Positions 20,998 through 32,631 of a DNA stretch of 64,000 nucleotides are shown piece by piece; the stretch's first letter is position 1; each line of letters starts with the position of its first letter. The DNA is from an uncultured Phycisphaerales bacterium (GTDB taxonomy: Bacteria > Planctomycetota > Phycisphaerae > Sedimentisphaerales > Anaerobacaceae): the NCBI GenBank assembly GCA_963772725.1, contig CAVYYI010000001.1:704001-768000 (forward strand). The letters are read 5' to 3'. The translations under genes were made by a program, and so were the position numbers. The notes under the pieces are model-generated. The model saw only the letters and a program-made list of their open reading frames with translations. It made no database searches and had not been told where the DNA came from.

Positions 20998-21864
20998 ATG
21001 GCGGAAATTACATCATCAATGGTAATGGAACTTCGCAAGCTGAGCGGACAAGGTATGATGGATTGCAAAGCGGCGCTTAGCGAGGCCAATGGCGACCCCA
21101 AAAAGGCAATGGAGATTTTGAGAAAAAAGGGTCTTGCCACCCTGGCTAAACGGGCGGCTCGCGACACGACAGAAGGAATAGTAGTAAGCAAGGCAAGTGC
21201 GGATGGCAAAACTACGGCGATGGCAACTCTTTGCTGTGAAACCGATTTTGTGGCCAAGAGCGACGATTTTATCGCCGGGGCAAATTTGCTGGCGGAATAT
21301 GCGCTGGCCTGCACGGCGGATGAGGGAGTTGAGAACCTGCTTGAGACATCAGTCAAAGGCAGAAAATACAGTGAGATATTGACGGAAGTAGTCAGTAAAA
21401 CCGGGGAAAAGGTAAAAGTTGGCGATTATGTAAAATATAAAGTCAGCGGCTCCGGTTTCATAAATGTTTATATCCATTTCAATAATAAAATCGGAACGAT
21501 GGTGCAATTTGAGACCAGCGACGACAAGGTTGGTTCATCGGAGGCGGTAAGGCAGGCGGCCAATGATATCGCGATGCACATAACGGCCGTCAGTCCTTTG
21601 TCGCTTGATAAAGATGGCATCGACCCTGAAACAATAAAGCAGGAAAGAGACATCTATGCTGAGCAGGTTAAAAACAAGCCTGCCAATATCGTAGATAAAA
21701 TTGTCGAAGGCAAGATGCAGAAGTTTTTCGCAGACAACTGTTTATTATCGCAGCCTTTTGTAAAAGACAACACAAAGACGGTTGCGGATGTTATAGCCGA
21801 GGCAGAGAAAAAGGCCGGCGGTAAGGCGAAAATAAAGAAATTCGTGCGACTTGGTGTTGGTTAA
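20998..21864 (+). CDS. tsf: translation elongation factor Ts
   Basis: LRKLSGQGMMDCKAAL, CETDFVAK, MHITA and LLSQPFVKD. Confidence 0.97.
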   Translation: MAEITSSMVMELRKLSGQGMMDCKAALSEANGDPKKAMEILRKKGLATLAKRAARDTTEGIVVSKASADGKTTAMATLCCETDFVAKSDDFIAGANLLAEYALACTADEGVENLLETSVKGRKYSEILTEVVSKTGEKVKVGDYVKYKVSGSGFINVYIHFNNKIGTMVQFETSDDKVGSSEAVRQAANDIAMHITAVSPLSLDKDGIDPETIKQERDIYAEQVKNKPANIVDKIVEGKMQKFFADNCLLSQPFVKDNTKTVADVIAEAEKKAGGKAKIKKFVRLGVG

Positions 21865-21873
21865 TAGAATATT

Positions 21874-21960
21874 AACCACGAATGAACACTAATAAACACA
21901 GAATTGATAATTGATGATTTGTCTATCTCTGTGAACTCTGTGTCCTCTGTGGCTAAAATA
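21874..21960. repeat. intergenic short-period (about 9-10 nt) inverted repeat element
   Basis: AACCACGAATGAACACTAATAAACACAGA...CTCTGTGAACTCTGTGTCCTCTGTGGCT between tsf and pyrH. Confidence 0.5.
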
Positions 21961-21976
21961 GTTTTGAGGTTCACTG

Positions 21977-22693
21977 ATGCCGGATATTAAGTATAAACGC
22001 GTATTGTTGAAGCTTTCGGGCGAAAGTTTTTGTAAACCCGGCGGATTTGGTATCGATGGCGACCGGCTCAAATCAATCGCCGAGAGAATATGCAATTTAT
22101 CCAAACTTGGCCCACAGGTGGCTATTGTTGTTGGGGCAGGTAATATTCTGCGAGGTGAAAAATTTTCTGATGTCAGTCACATACCCCGCAACACAGCCGA
22201 TTATATGGGGATGCTCGCGACCATAATCAACGCATGCGCTTTGCAGGAAACAATAGAAAAGTTAGGACAGCCTACGAGGGTTTTAAGCGCGATAGAAGTG
22301 GCGGCGATGTGTGAGCCGTTTATTCGCAGAAGGGCGATGCATCATCTCGAAAAAGGCAGAATCGTAATACTTGCCGGTGGCACTGGCAACCCGTTTTTTA
22401 CTACGGATACCTGTGCGGCACTCCGCGCATCTGAACTTGATATTGATTTGCTTATAAAGGCAACAAAAGTTGACGGCGTTTACAGCGAAGACCCTGAAAA
22501 GAATCGGAAAGCCGAGCTATTTGAAAATCTGAGTTATGATGAGGTATTAAAGCGAAACCTGCGGGTTATGGACCATTCGGCCATAAGCCTGTGCAGGGAA
22601 AATGGAATTAAAATAATTGTCCTGAATATATTCAAAGAAGGCAATATAACCAGGGCGATTTGCGGCGAACGGGTCGGCACATTAATTTGCTGA
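21977..22693 (+). CDS. pyrH: UMP kinase
   Basis: RVLLKLSGE, DYMGMLAT, GTGNPFFTTD and KATKVDGVY. Confidence 0.97.
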   Translation: MPDIKYKRVLLKLSGESFCKPGGFGIDGDRLKSIAERICNLSKLGPQVAIVVGAGNILRGEKFSDVSHIPRNTADYMGMLATIINACALQETIEKLGQPTRVLSAIEVAAMCEPFIRRRAMHHLEKGRIVILAGGTGNPFFTTDTCAALRASELDIDLLIKATKVDGVYSEDPEKNRKAELFENLSYDEVLKRNLRVMDHSAISLCRENGIKIIVLNIFKEGNITRAICGERVGTLIC

Positions 22694-22709
22694 AAAATGG
22701 AGGTTTCCA

Positions 22710-23270
22710 ATGCCTGTAAAACAAATTGTTACAGAACATGAGAACAAAATGAAAAAGGCGATTGAGGTGCTTCAAAATGAATTTAAAAGCATCAGGACGG
22801 GACGGGCGTCAACCGGGCTGGTTGAAAATCTGAAGGTTGATTATTACGGCACACCCACATCGCTTAAGCAGCTGGCTGCCCTGGCGACGCCGCAAAGCGA
22901 CGCAATTGTGATAAAACCTTTTGACCCGGGTTCGGTAAAGGAAATTGAAAAGGCCATTAAGAATAGTGATTTGAATATGTCGCCTCTTGTGGAGGGGAAA
23001 ATAATCAGGCTTAATGTTCCCGCTCTCAGTGAGGAAAGAAGACGGCAGCTTGTCAGCCAGGTTAAACAGCTTGGCGAGCAATCTAAAATAGGCATCAGGA
23101 ATATACGCAGAGACGGGAACAAGGAACTCGAACAAGAGGAAAAAGGCGGTCTTATTACCGAAGACCAGTTGGATGAAGGCAGAAAAGAAATCGATAATAT
23201 TACAAAAGACTACACAAATAAAATTGACGCTGTTGTAAAGACTAAATCAGATGAGATAATGACGCAGTAG
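22710..23270 (+). CDS. frr: ribosome recycling factor
   Basis: IRTGRAS, VDYYG, PALSEERR and IRNIRRD. Confidence 0.97.
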   Translation: MPVKQIVTEHENKMKKAIEVLQNEFKSIRTGRASTGLVENLKVDYYGTPTSLKQLAALATPQSDAIVIKPFDPGSVKEIEKAIKNSDLNMSPLVEGKIIRLNVPALSEERRRQLVSQVKQLGEQSKIGIRNIRRDGNKELEQEEKGGLITEDQLDEGRKEIDNITKDYTNKIDAVVKTKSDEIMTQ

Positions 23271-23333
23271 CAGCGATAATTTTCGCTGTTTTTTGATTGT
23301 TTTTGGATAATATTTTTGAAAGGGGGCAAGACC

Positions 23334-26300
23334 ATGCAAAAAGAAAATAATAAAACTAAACCGGTGGCAAAAAAAAGACCATTAAAAATAGTGCTTACGA
23401 TAATACTTGGACTATTAGTTGTTTTAGTCCTTGCGGTACTTTTTGTTGTGCCTGCGTTTCTGTCGAGCCAGACCGGCAGAGAGACGATATTGAGCCGTAT
23501 TAACAACTCTATCGAGGGCAAAGCGGATTTTAAGAATCTTTCAATGAGCTGGTGGAAAGGTATTAAGGTTACGGATATCAGTTTCAAGGACAATGCCGGG
23601 CAAACTTCTGTTTCCGTAAAGGGTTTTTCAACAAAGCCGTCTTATGGCGCTCTTCTGACAGGTAATCTTGCCTTTGGGGAAACGATAATTGATGAGCCGA
23701 GGATTGAGATAAATCTGAAAAAGCAGGCTGAAGAGCAGGGCAGAATTACGGAACCCAAAGCCCCGGCGGCAAAAGAAGCTGAGCCGATGGCTCTTCCGAT
23801 AAAACGGATTGACCTTATTGTAAATAACGGCGATGTTAAGGTTACTGATTCCAAGGCTGGCACGGTTGAGCTTTCAAAGATAAATTCGCATATACAATTG
23901 ATGCCTCCAGGCCAGCAGACCAATTTCGGTGTAAAAATGACAGTTGGGCAGCAGGACAAAGGTTCTGATATCAATGTCAATGGGAATGTTAAGCCACCGA
24001 GTAAAGGCTGGACACTCAAAGGGACTACCGGCGATTTGACTGTTGAGGTTAATGAATTGAATCTCGCGACACTTGCGCCGCTTTTAGCGTTGGCTGGGGT
24101 TGATATTAATGTAAAAGGCAATATTTCGGCGGATGTTAAGACGGAGATTAAGAATGGGCAGATTGGAAACACGGTTGCGGCTATACGGGGTGAAAATCTG
24201 AATGTATCGGGGGCGGCGTTAAAAGGCGACCGGCTGAATTTGAAGCGGCTTGATGTTGATGCGCAGCTTCAAAGTCAGGATGAAACGATAAAGGTACAGA
24301 ATCTGAAATTGACCAGCGATTTTGCGAATTTACAGGCTAATGGGATTATACCGACGAAATCGAAAGGTCTTTCAGAATTTTTGAAACCGGATTCAACGTA
24401 TAGTTTCAAAGGTAATTTTGATTGTGATTTGGCGGCGATTATGTCGCAGATGCCGCGGACTGTTGGCTTGAAAGAAGGAATGAAGATAACTTCCGGCAGG
24501 CTTGAAGGCAGTGTTGAGACAGTTGCAAAGAACGGTGAAAAGGTAATCAGCGGCACGGTGAATATCGCGGATTTGAAGGGAATAGCTGACGGAAAGAATA
24601 TCGCGATGTCGCAGCCGATTGTGGCGCAGGCGGAAATAGCTTCGGACGCAAAAGGTTTGAGGTTTGACAAGCTGGGCGTAACGTCGGCGTTCTGCAAGGT
24701 GAACTGACCGGTACTATGGAAATGCTGAATTATCAGGCTGATATTGACTTGGCGAAATTTCAGTCTGAACTGGGAGAGTTTGTAAATATGGGGCCGTATA
24801 AATTGGCCGGCGGAGTTTCAGGCAAAGGACAGGTCGCAAACCAAAAAGACAAACTTATCGCTGATGGTACTTTTAACATCAAAGATTTCATGATGAAATC
24901 GATAAAGGGCGATAGTGTTTCTGAGCCTGCGATGGATGTGGCATTCGCATTAAATCTTGACCAGAAGAGTAAAGTCCTTTCTGTTAATTCCGCTAATGTA
25001 GGCGCTAGTTTTGGTCAGGTAAATATAAAAAATGCGGTTCTGCCGCTGGATAAACAATCCGGTAAGGAAATGAATCTGCCCGTTTCTATTAAACTGGATT
25101 TGGCGAGCTTCAGCCTTACGGGGTGATGTTTGCCTCTATGTCTCCAAATATGGAGATAGGCGGAATTGTTGATTCGAAGATTTTGCTGAGTTCTCAAAAT
25201 GATGTTTATAAAATATTTACTGATTCGACCACGATAAAAAATCTGAAAGTGATAAATCCTGGGCAGGCACCTCTGAATATGAATGAGCCTGTTAAGATAG
25301 TTATTGACGCACAGGCTGATGTCGCTGCAAAAAATATTATAGCTAAAAAGTTTGAAATACAGATGCCCAATCTTAATACTAATATTGCATTCAATGAAGA
25401 CAACCAAAGGAGGAGTTACTAAACTTAACGGTAAGGTTGACCTCGATTACGACTGGCAGGCGGTGACGGCGATGGCGGCGGCTTTTCTGCCGCGGGGTTG
25501 CAAGTGCCCGGCAAACGCAATGACACCATCACGTTCAGCTCGCAATGGCCGGAGGCAAGACTGACCAGATGCTCGCCAATATGACTGGCTCGGCCGCTGG
25601 GCTGGCAGAGTGCTGAATATATGGGTTTGCAGATTGGCCAGACGGAAATAAAGGCCAGATACAAAACGGCAAGCTCACTATCCCGCCATTTACGACAACT
25701 GTGAACAACGGCACACTGAATTTCGTGCCAGTGCCGATTTTCGCCAAAAGCCCGCGATGCTGACCATTCCGCAGCCGATGAGTATTCTCAAAGATGTGCA
25801 GATCAACGACCGTGTGGCGGAGGCACTGCTTAAAAATGTAAATCCGCTCTTTGCAAGCGCAAAAAATACGCAGGGCGCGGCCAATCTCGAATGCAGCGAA
25901 CTGGCCATACCTCTTAGCGGCGGCACGGACAAAGATACAAAGATCGACGCGACCGTTTCGGTCATGAATCTGCACCTGCAATCGCCCGTTCTGGAAGTGC
26001 TGGCGCTTCTGCTGCAGAAAATACCAATACCACCATGACGCTGCATCCGAGCCAGTTTGTGATGCGAAATGGTATTTTGACGTATGACAAAATGCAGATT
26101 GACCTTGGCGATCCGGCATTGCTGTTTAGCGGCCAGATGGGGCCTGAAGACAAGTTGAAGATGTCTGTGACTGTGCCGGGGCTGGGCGGCATTGCATTTA
26201 AGGGCACAAAGGATAAACCTCAACTGGACCCTGCTAAAATAGCGGAACTTACCCTCCAGCAGCAATTGCTCGGTAAACAAAGAAAAGCAGCACACAACCA

Positions 26301-26375
26301 GGACAGCAGCAACAGCCCTCGCAGGAAGAACGGATTATAAAAGGCCTTGAAGACATTTTTAAGAAAAAAAAGTAA
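23334..26375 (+). CDS. AsmA-like/DUF748 beta-taco envelope protein (many frameshifts in the 3' half)
   Basis: N-terminal TM anchor, then beta-rich repeats across ORFs 23316-24707, 24716-25126, 25123-25422, 25757-26038 and 26035-26340; C-terminal FKGTKDKPQLD resembles AsmA_2. Confidence 0.6.
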
Positions 26376-26453
26376 AAGGTACGGCGGATTGTGGCGGAAG
26401 TGAAATATCGTTTTAAATCTGTGTCCGCATATTAATTTTGAAAGTAAAGGAAG

Positions 26454-27752
26454 ATGCTGAAAAAGCTTTTATCCACGCCTACAGAGCAGCTTGGTAAGGC
26501 AGGGCGTTTTCTGGTTTTTCAGATTAAGCTTTGGACGCATTGTGTAAAATTATTGATTAAAAACCGTTCGGGGGAGCAGGCGGCGGCGCTGTCTTACCAC
26601 ACAATCTTCGGGATAGTTCCGCTGGTGATAGTTGTACTGCTTATTTTCCAATCGATGCCATCATACAAAAGTATGGGGAGCAGTATAACAGATATTATTT
26701 ATTCTGAACTGCAGCTTTCGAGCATTCAGTACACGGTCGATTCCGGTCCCGGAACACAGAAGCAGACAATATTGCTGACGGAACATCTCGATAAAATAAT
26801 AGCTGATTTTTTTAAGGGTCTAAATGCAGGTACTGTTAAGATAGTAGGTATTGTGCTTATTATCTGGGCGGCACTGGGGCTTCTGTTGACGATAGAAAAA
26901 GCCTTCAATAATATCTGGCATATCAGCCGGAAAAGGCGAATCGTCAACCGGATAATCAATTACTGGGCGATTCTTACACTGGGGCCGCTGCTTATCGGTT
27001 TGGGTATATATATAAACTCTCATTACGCCGTTTTGGGGCATCTGCAAAAAACGTTTCGTATAGGCCCGACGATTATTTCTTATGTTTTTGCGACTGTTAC
27101 TTTTTTCCTTCTTTATTATGTCCTGCCGAATACAAAAGTTAAGGTAAGAGCCGCTGTAACCGGGGCTGCGATGGCTGCGGTCGTTTGGGTAATCGCAAAG
27201 TGGGGATTTTCGTTATATGTAACGAAATTTATACCGTACAGTAAAATTTACGGTGTTGTAGGCCTGATACCGCTTGCGGTGTTCTGGATTTATGTTATGT
27301 GGCTGATTGTATTGTTTGGCCTGCAGTTGACGTTTACCGTTCAATATCTGAAAACGCTCGATGCTTCTGAGAAAAAAAGTGAGGAATATTTCATTGCCAA
27401 CGACTTTACCGTTTTTAATATTGTAAGAGAAGTCGCCGCTGCTTTCGAGCGAAATAACGCACCTGTTGAGGCGGAAGTTATCTGCACCCAATTTGATATT
27501 CCCTTTGAATTCGGCGATAAGATATTGAATCATCTGGTCGAAAACGGTATTCTATTAAAAGTGAGTGAACCGAGGAGCGGTTTTGTACCCGCGAAAGACC
27601 CGGCCAATATAAGTTTATCTGAAATTTCACAGGCCGTCGCTAAAGCAGGGTTCAGTCAAACCACGATGGAGCATTCGGAGAATCTTGAACAAATAATGAA
27701 CTCGCAGCAGAATATGCTGGCTCAATATAATTTAACGCAGATTTTAAAATAA
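26454..27752 (+). CDS. YihY/virulence factor BrkB family membrane protein with C-terminal Rrf2-like winged HTH
   Basis: AAALSYHTIFGIVP, IEKAFNNIW, YWAILTLGP, YSKIYG and ILNHL...GFVPAKDPANISL. Confidence 0.85.
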   Translation: MLKKLLSTPTEQLGKAGRFLVFQIKLWTHCVKLLIKNRSGEQAAALSYHTIFGIVPLVIVVLLIFQSMPSYKSMGSSITDIIYSELQLSSIQYTVDSGPGTQKQTILLTEHLDKIIADFFKGLNAGTVKIVGIVLIIWAALGLLLTIEKAFNNIWHISRKRRIVNRIINYWAILTLGPLLIGLGIYINSHYAVLGHLQKTFRIGPTIISYVFATVTFFLLYYVLPNTKVKVRAAVTGAAMAAVVWVIAKWGFSLYVTKFIPYSKIYGVVGLIPLAVFWIYVMWLIVLFGLQLTFTVQYLKTLDASEKKSEEYFIANDFTVFNIVREVAAAFERNNAPVEAEVICTQFDIPFEFGDKILNHLVENGILLKVSEPRSGFVPAKDPANISLSEISQAVAKAGFSQTTMEHSENLEQIMNSQQNMLAQYNLTQILK

Positions 27753-27902
27753 ATTGACCAGAAAAATAGGCATGCTTTTGAAAATGGTGCTGATTTTATC
27801 TGCGCAGGTATGTTCGATTTCCAGATTCGTGAAGATGTGATTATCGCGAAAGAGGTTTTCGCTGACCTGAAAAGAGAACGTCTGTTGAGAGCGTAGTACA
27901 GT

Positions 27903-28538
27903 TTATCTGTGGTTCAGCTTTATCAGAAGCCATATCGCGTCGAAGATAAATTTTAAGCCGAAAAGAAACATTGCCGCGGAGCAGACTCCCAAAATAATTT
28001 TTTGACTTTGCCTGCCTAAAAGAGATGACCCCTTGAAACTTGCCCACGACAGCGTCTGGAACCAGGTACAATCGCAAGACCAGTGAACGATGGCGAATAA
28101 AGGAAAGGCTATCATTCCGAATTCCTTCGCGTCGGTCGATAATTTCAGGCCTATGGTCGCCCACCAGAGAATGAAATAAGGATTGCTCGCTGATAGCACG
28201 ATGCCCGCGAGGATTGGTTTGTTATCCAGGGGTTTAGTTTCTGAATCGGGATTATTTTTCAGAGCCGTGAACATTTGAATCGCCATAATTAGAAGCAGTA
28301 TTCCGCCGAGTGCACCTATTGCTATTTGGATTGGGATTGATTTGAAAACCTCAGCCATTCCGAGCATTATTAAAACCATCAGCGGAAATTCGATGATGCC
28401 GTGTCCGATGGCCATAAGTGCGCCAGCGTAGCGATTGCGCGAGCCGAGAGAAATTGCCGTGGCTGTTACCGGCCCCGGTGCCATCGCACCGGAAAATGAA
28501 ATTATGAACACCTGAATGAGGAACAGAAATAATTGCAT
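27903..28538 (-). CDS. LysE family transporter
   Basis: SGAMAPGP, GHGIIE and SNPYFILWW motifs. Confidence 0.85.
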   Translation of the reverse strand: MQLFLFLIQVFIISFSGAMAPGPVTATAISLGSRNRYAGALMAIGHGIIEFPLMVLIMLGMAEVFKSIPIQIAIGALGGILLLIMAIQMFTALKNNPDSETKPLDNKPILAGIVLSASNPYFILWWATIGLKLSTDAKEFGMIAFPLFAIVHWSCDCTWFQTLSWASFKGSSLLGRQSQKIILGVCSAAMFLFGLKFIFDAIWLLIKLNHR

Positions 28539-28550
28539 AAGGTTACCTGT

Positions 28551-28967
28551 TTATTCGCCGATGATTTTTACTAAAAGGCGTTTTCGGCGGTTGCCGTCGA
28601 ATTCATAGTAAAAGATGTGTTCCCATGAGCCAAGATGAAGTTTTCCGTCTGTAATCGCGACCACAACCTCACGCCCCATTATTTGTCTTTTCAAATGGGC
28701 GTCAGCGTTGTCTTCGTAACCATTATGCTGGTATTGGCTATAGGGTTTTTCAGGTGCGAGTTTTTCGAGCCAAACTTCGTAGTCATGATGCAGCCCCGAT
28801 TCGTTATCATTGATGAACACTGAAGCAGTGATATGCATCGCGTTAATCAGTACCAAACCATCTTTAACGCCGGATTCTTTAACGAGTCTTTCAACCTCAT
28901 TGTGGATAGATATAATAGCTCTGCGCTGCGGCACGTTCATCCAGATTTCTTTTGTAAGTGTTTTCAT
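28551..28967 (-). CDS. YjbQ/UPF0047 family protein
   Basis: [19 protein letters not shown] and [14 protein letters not shown]. Confidence 0.88.
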   Translation of the reverse strand: MKTLTKEIWMNVPQRRAIISIHNEVERLVKESGVKDGLVLINAMHITASVFINDNESGLHHDYEVWLEKLAPEKPYSQYQHNGYEDNADAHLKRQIMGREVVVAITDGKLHLGSWEHIFYYEFDGNRRKRLLVKIIGE

Positions 28968-28986
28968 ATTATAACCCATCAACTAT

Positions 28987-29286
28987 TCAATTAATAAGTC
29001 TCGGGTCGATATTTGAAAAATGAATCCATTTTTTGCGTTCCTGTGTTTGAGGGAATATAAAGGATATGTTTAAATCTTTTTTTGGTACTTTATAATCATT
29101 GTTTGATAATAAAGTTTCATTTTTGAAATAATGGTAATTTTCATCAGAACCAATATACCACCACCAGCAGACAGAGCAGGAAGCCTGACTTTGGATTTTC
29201 GAATTTAAAGAGTCCCTGGAAATAACTTCAGCGCAGCCTGCAATTAAAGTTATTGTCAGAAATATAATCAGTTGGCAATTTTTCAT
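28987..29286 (-). CDS. small AT-rich hypothetical lipoprotein
   Basis: Signal peptide with lipobox LIAGC. Confidence 0.6.
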   Translation of the reverse strand: MKNCQLIIFLTITLIAGCAEVISRDSLNSKIQSQASCSVCWWWYIGSDENYHYFKNETLLSNNDYKVPKKDLNISFIFPQTQERKKWIHFSNIDPRLIN

Positions 29287-29300
29287 TTATTCCATCACTT

Positions 29301-30824
29301 TCAATTTTTCTGGTTATGTAATTTTAATTCCAACAATGTTCTCTGATAAGGAAGAACAATAGTATTTGAATCAATACCGGCATTATTGAGAATATTACGA
29401 ATTTTGAAAGCCCTGTCGCTGCCCTGAACTAACAAGAAACCAACATCCTTTTCATTTATCATTTCTTTTATCTCATCAAGGAAATACTCTGTTTCTGAAA
29501 AGGATGGATAAGGATTAGTTTTAGCAGTAAGATGCTCAACTTCTTTGACGCCGTAGAACAAAAGTCCATCGCATCGTTTGTCAATAGTCCCAACCTCAGA
29601 ATTACTTTGCGGAAGATGGTGACATAAACGTGACCAAAGTGCCTTCATATCATTGGGAGTCGGATAATAGGCCAGAGCAAGTTTAGTTGAGATGAGCAAT
29701 ACGACCCACGTACAACATAAAACAGCAGGGCGGAGAAAGGTTTTTAAATTTATTCTTATTCCGCTATCTGTCGAAAAAAGTTTGTTTCGCCATAGTCTGG
29801 CGGTTGCGAGGGCGAGAGCAGGAAATAAAGGCAAAGAGTACAGCCCGAGTTTGGAACTGGCAAGGCACAAAATCAAAAGAGGTATAAAGAACCAGCAAAG
29901 TAAAAGCAGGACGGCGGGGCTGTCCGCTAAGATTTTCAGGAAATTTTTTGAAAAGAAAGTTTTGGCAATCAAATCCCATCTATCAATCCAGATAATTGAC
30001 CACGGTAAAGAACCAAAAATCAATACCGGCAGATAAATAAATGCACCTGACAAGCCTGGATTCCGCTCATATTTCTCTGAAACAAGCCGACCCCAGATTT
30101 GGCTGTCGAAAAAATAGCTAAATGCCCCCGGTACTTTCACGCATATCAAGATATACCACCATAAACCGACAATAATGAACAGACCAAGTCCGGCAATCCA
30201 CCATGGCGTCCAAAAATATTCGATGAGCTGTTTTCTTACGGCAAGAAAAACAAACATGCCGCAGCAAGGTATTAGAACTGCCGGGCCTTTAGTGAAAAAT
30301 CCCAATCCTACCGCCATACATAAAAGTATTTTCCATAAATTTCTTTTGGTGCCGGATTCCGCGCTTTTCCAAAAAAACAGAACCGCCATAGTTGTCCATA
30401 AAGCAAGCAATGTATCAGGCGTTACAAAATTGGCCGCGATAAAAGGCACAGTCATCGTGGAGTAGATAAATACGGCCAGCAGAGCGGTAAATTTATCTTT
30501 GAAAAGTTCCCAGCCAAGCAAACCTGTCAACATTGCTGTGAGCATAAAACTTATGCCGTGGAAAAATCTTACCGCGAATTCGTTGTGGCCGAAAAGCTTC
30601 AATCCTCCGATAATTCCCCAATAAGTGGCGGGCGGTTTATCGAGAAATATTTCATCTTCGCCGAGATATGGGGTAATGATTTTTTGTTTTTCCAACATTG
30701 TTATTGCTGTTCCGACGTAATAACCCTCGTCGGGCTGCCAAATACCACGACTGCCTTGAAATAAAAACGCCAGTCCGAGCAGTAATGTCAAAAGTAATAA
30801 CAGTATTAAAAATAGCCTGCCCAT
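29301..30824 (-). CDS. ArnT/GT39-83 family polyprenyl-dependent glycosyltransferase
   Basis: DEGYY, FLDKPP, EFAVRF and FFTKGP motifs; many TM helices. Confidence 0.85.
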   Translation of the reverse strand: MGRLFLILLLLLTLLLGLAFLFQGSRGIWQPDEGYYVGTAITMLEKQKIITPYLGEDEIFLDKPPATYWGIIGGLKLFGHNEFAVRFFHGISFMLTAMLTGLLGWELFKDKFTALLAVFIYSTMTVPFIAANFVTPDTLLALWTTMAVLFFWKSAESGTKRNLWKILLCMAVGLGFFTKGPAVLIPCCGMFVFLAVRKQLIEYFWTPWWIAGLGLFIIVGLWWYILICVKVPGAFSYFFDSQIWGRLVSEKYERNPGLSGAFIYLPVLIFGSLPWSIIWIDRWDLIAKTFFSKNFLKILADSPAVLLLLCWFFIPLLILCLASSKLGLYSLPLFPALALATARLWRNKLFSTDSGIRINLKTFLRPAVLCCTWVVLLISTKLALAYYPTPNDMKALWSRLCHHLPQSNSEVGTIDKRCDGLLFYGVKEVEHLTAKTNPYPSFSETEYFLDEIKEMINEKDVGFLLVQGSDRAFKIRNILNNAGIDSNTIVLPYQRTLLELKLHNQKN

Positions 30825-30825
30825 T

Positions 30826-31986
30826 TTAATGTCTCCACATTATTTTATAAACCGCCTCGATGGTGTTGACCATTGTCTGCGGTGCGAATTTTTCCTTTAC
30901 GGATTCTCTGCCGGCGATACCTAATCTATTCCGCAGGTTCTTATCGGTAATAAGTTCCGCACAGGCGTCTGTCAGTTGTTTAATGTTTTTAGGTTCAATG
31001 AGTCTGCCGGTTTTTTCGTTCACAACCTCTTTTTGCGCCATCAACATCAAATGAAATTGCCGGTTTACCGCAGAGCATCGCCTGAGGCAGGGTACGGGCC
31101 AGGCCTTCTCTTAACGAGCAGTGGACAAGTATATCTGAAGATTGTATCGCAAGCGGTATCTGGCTCGGCGGGAGCAGGCCGGTAAATTTTATTTTATCTG
31201 TCAGGCCGAGTTGATTCACCTGTTCTTTGTATTTGTCCGCGAGGTTGCCGTTGCCGACGAACAGCCAGACAGCCTTATCGAACCGTTTCGACAGGTCTTT
31301 CGCTGATTCGATAATATATTCGTGTCCTTTGAGCATAAAGAGGTGCGCGATTGTTACAAGGACAACAGCGTCGTCAGCGATGCCATATTTTTTGCGAAAT
31401 TCTTTTTTGTGGTCATCGGAAATTGGTGTTAAAAAATCCAGTTCCTCAATAGCTGAATAAGCGGTGCGGTATTGTTCGGCTTTGCCGATTCCGGCAGAAA
31501 GCGCCTGCTGGGTCATCGCGTCGGCGACACTGATGAAAAAGTCTGTGCGTTTAGCAGCAGCTTTTTCAATGGCGATATAAAGGCGGTTAAGCCATTTGTT
31601 TTGATACGAATGAAACGACAAACCGTGTATTCCGTAAACTATTTTTGGTCTTGGCGTTATGTTGGAAGCCGCGTACCTGCCTAATATGCCAGCCTTGGCG
31701 GAATGAACGTGAACAATATCAGGCTTTATCTCGTTGAGAATCTTCTTGATTTTGTAATAGCTCAATATGTCATTTAGCGGATGGATTGCGCGAATCATCC
31801 TGTCAACGATGATTACCTTATATTTCTGTCCCTTTGTCTGTTCGAACAATTCGCCTTCGGGCCCAATCGCTGGGCCGGTAACAAGCGTAACATCATGCCC
31901 ACGCTCGGCGAGCAGTTTGCATGTTATGAGCGTATTTTCCTGCGCCCCCCGAGAATCAATCTTGTAATTATATGAATAATTTTCAT
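30826..31986 (-). CDS. GT4 family glycosyltransferase (frameshifts in the G-run near 31945 and near 31030)
   Basis: Corrected start MKIIHIITRLILGGAQENT; HSAKAGILGR and EGLARTLPQAM; tail in ORF 30826-31050. Confidence 0.85.
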
Positions 31987-31994
31987 TAGTCAAC

Positions 31995-32624
31995 TTAAAT
32001 AGTTTTACGACCTTTTGTCCAAAGATATTTGTCTGTAAATCGATTTATTCTATATTTTTCAAAATCTATCTCAACATCAACACTATTTTCTATTTTAATT
32101 AAAAATGGCCTTATTTTTTTCAAATGCATTGATATTGTTTTGTTATTAGTAACAATAAATTTATCTGTTTTTCTTTTGAAAACTTTGTATTTATTTCCTT
32201 TTATTCCAAGTGATTTTTTGTTTAATGAATCCATTGGTATTATTTTATCTGGCTTATTGAGGAAAAATATCTTAGAAGCTAAAACTGTCATTACTTTATC
32301 TGCATGAGTTAACTTATTGTTTTTCATTTCTTCTGCAAAATCATCCACCGCATCAGCGTCATTCAGTAGTTTGGAATTCTTTATAAATAGTATCAACTCT
32401 TTCACTTTTTGCTTCTTGATATTTCTTGCTACTCTAAATTCATTGATAAATTTTTGGAAACCATTATTACACATCAGATAATCATCGACATTTTTTTTGT
32501 TTCTTAAAAACAATTTAAAATTAGCAATGTATTCTAAATCTGATTTGTAATATGCAAGCAATTGACCCAATGATTCAATAACAACTTCAAGATTTAAAGC
32601 TTCCATATTATTCCTATTTTTCAT
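31995..32624 (-). CDS. hypothetical protein, very AT-rich
   Basis: 209-aa ORF co-oriented between truA and the GT4 gene; LASKIFFLNKP..IIPMDS and RFTDKYLW. Confidence 0.65.
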   Translation of the reverse strand: MKNRNNMEALNLEVVIESLGQLLAYYKSDLEYIANFKLFLRNKKNVDDYLMCNNGFQKFINEFRVARNIKKQKVKELILFIKNSKLLNDADAVDDFAEEMKNNKLTHADKVMTVLASKIFFLNKPDKIIPMDSLNKKSLGIKGNKYKVFKRKTDKFIVTNNKTISMHLKKIRPFLIKIENSVDVEIDFEKYRINRFTDKYLWTKGRKTI

Positions 32625-32631
32625 TCGACCT

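Noticed and set aside
24700..24720. Selenocysteine or readthrough at the TGA ending ORF 23316-24707
   Set aside because: The continuation is in a different frame, so a single-base indel explains it; many more indels follow.
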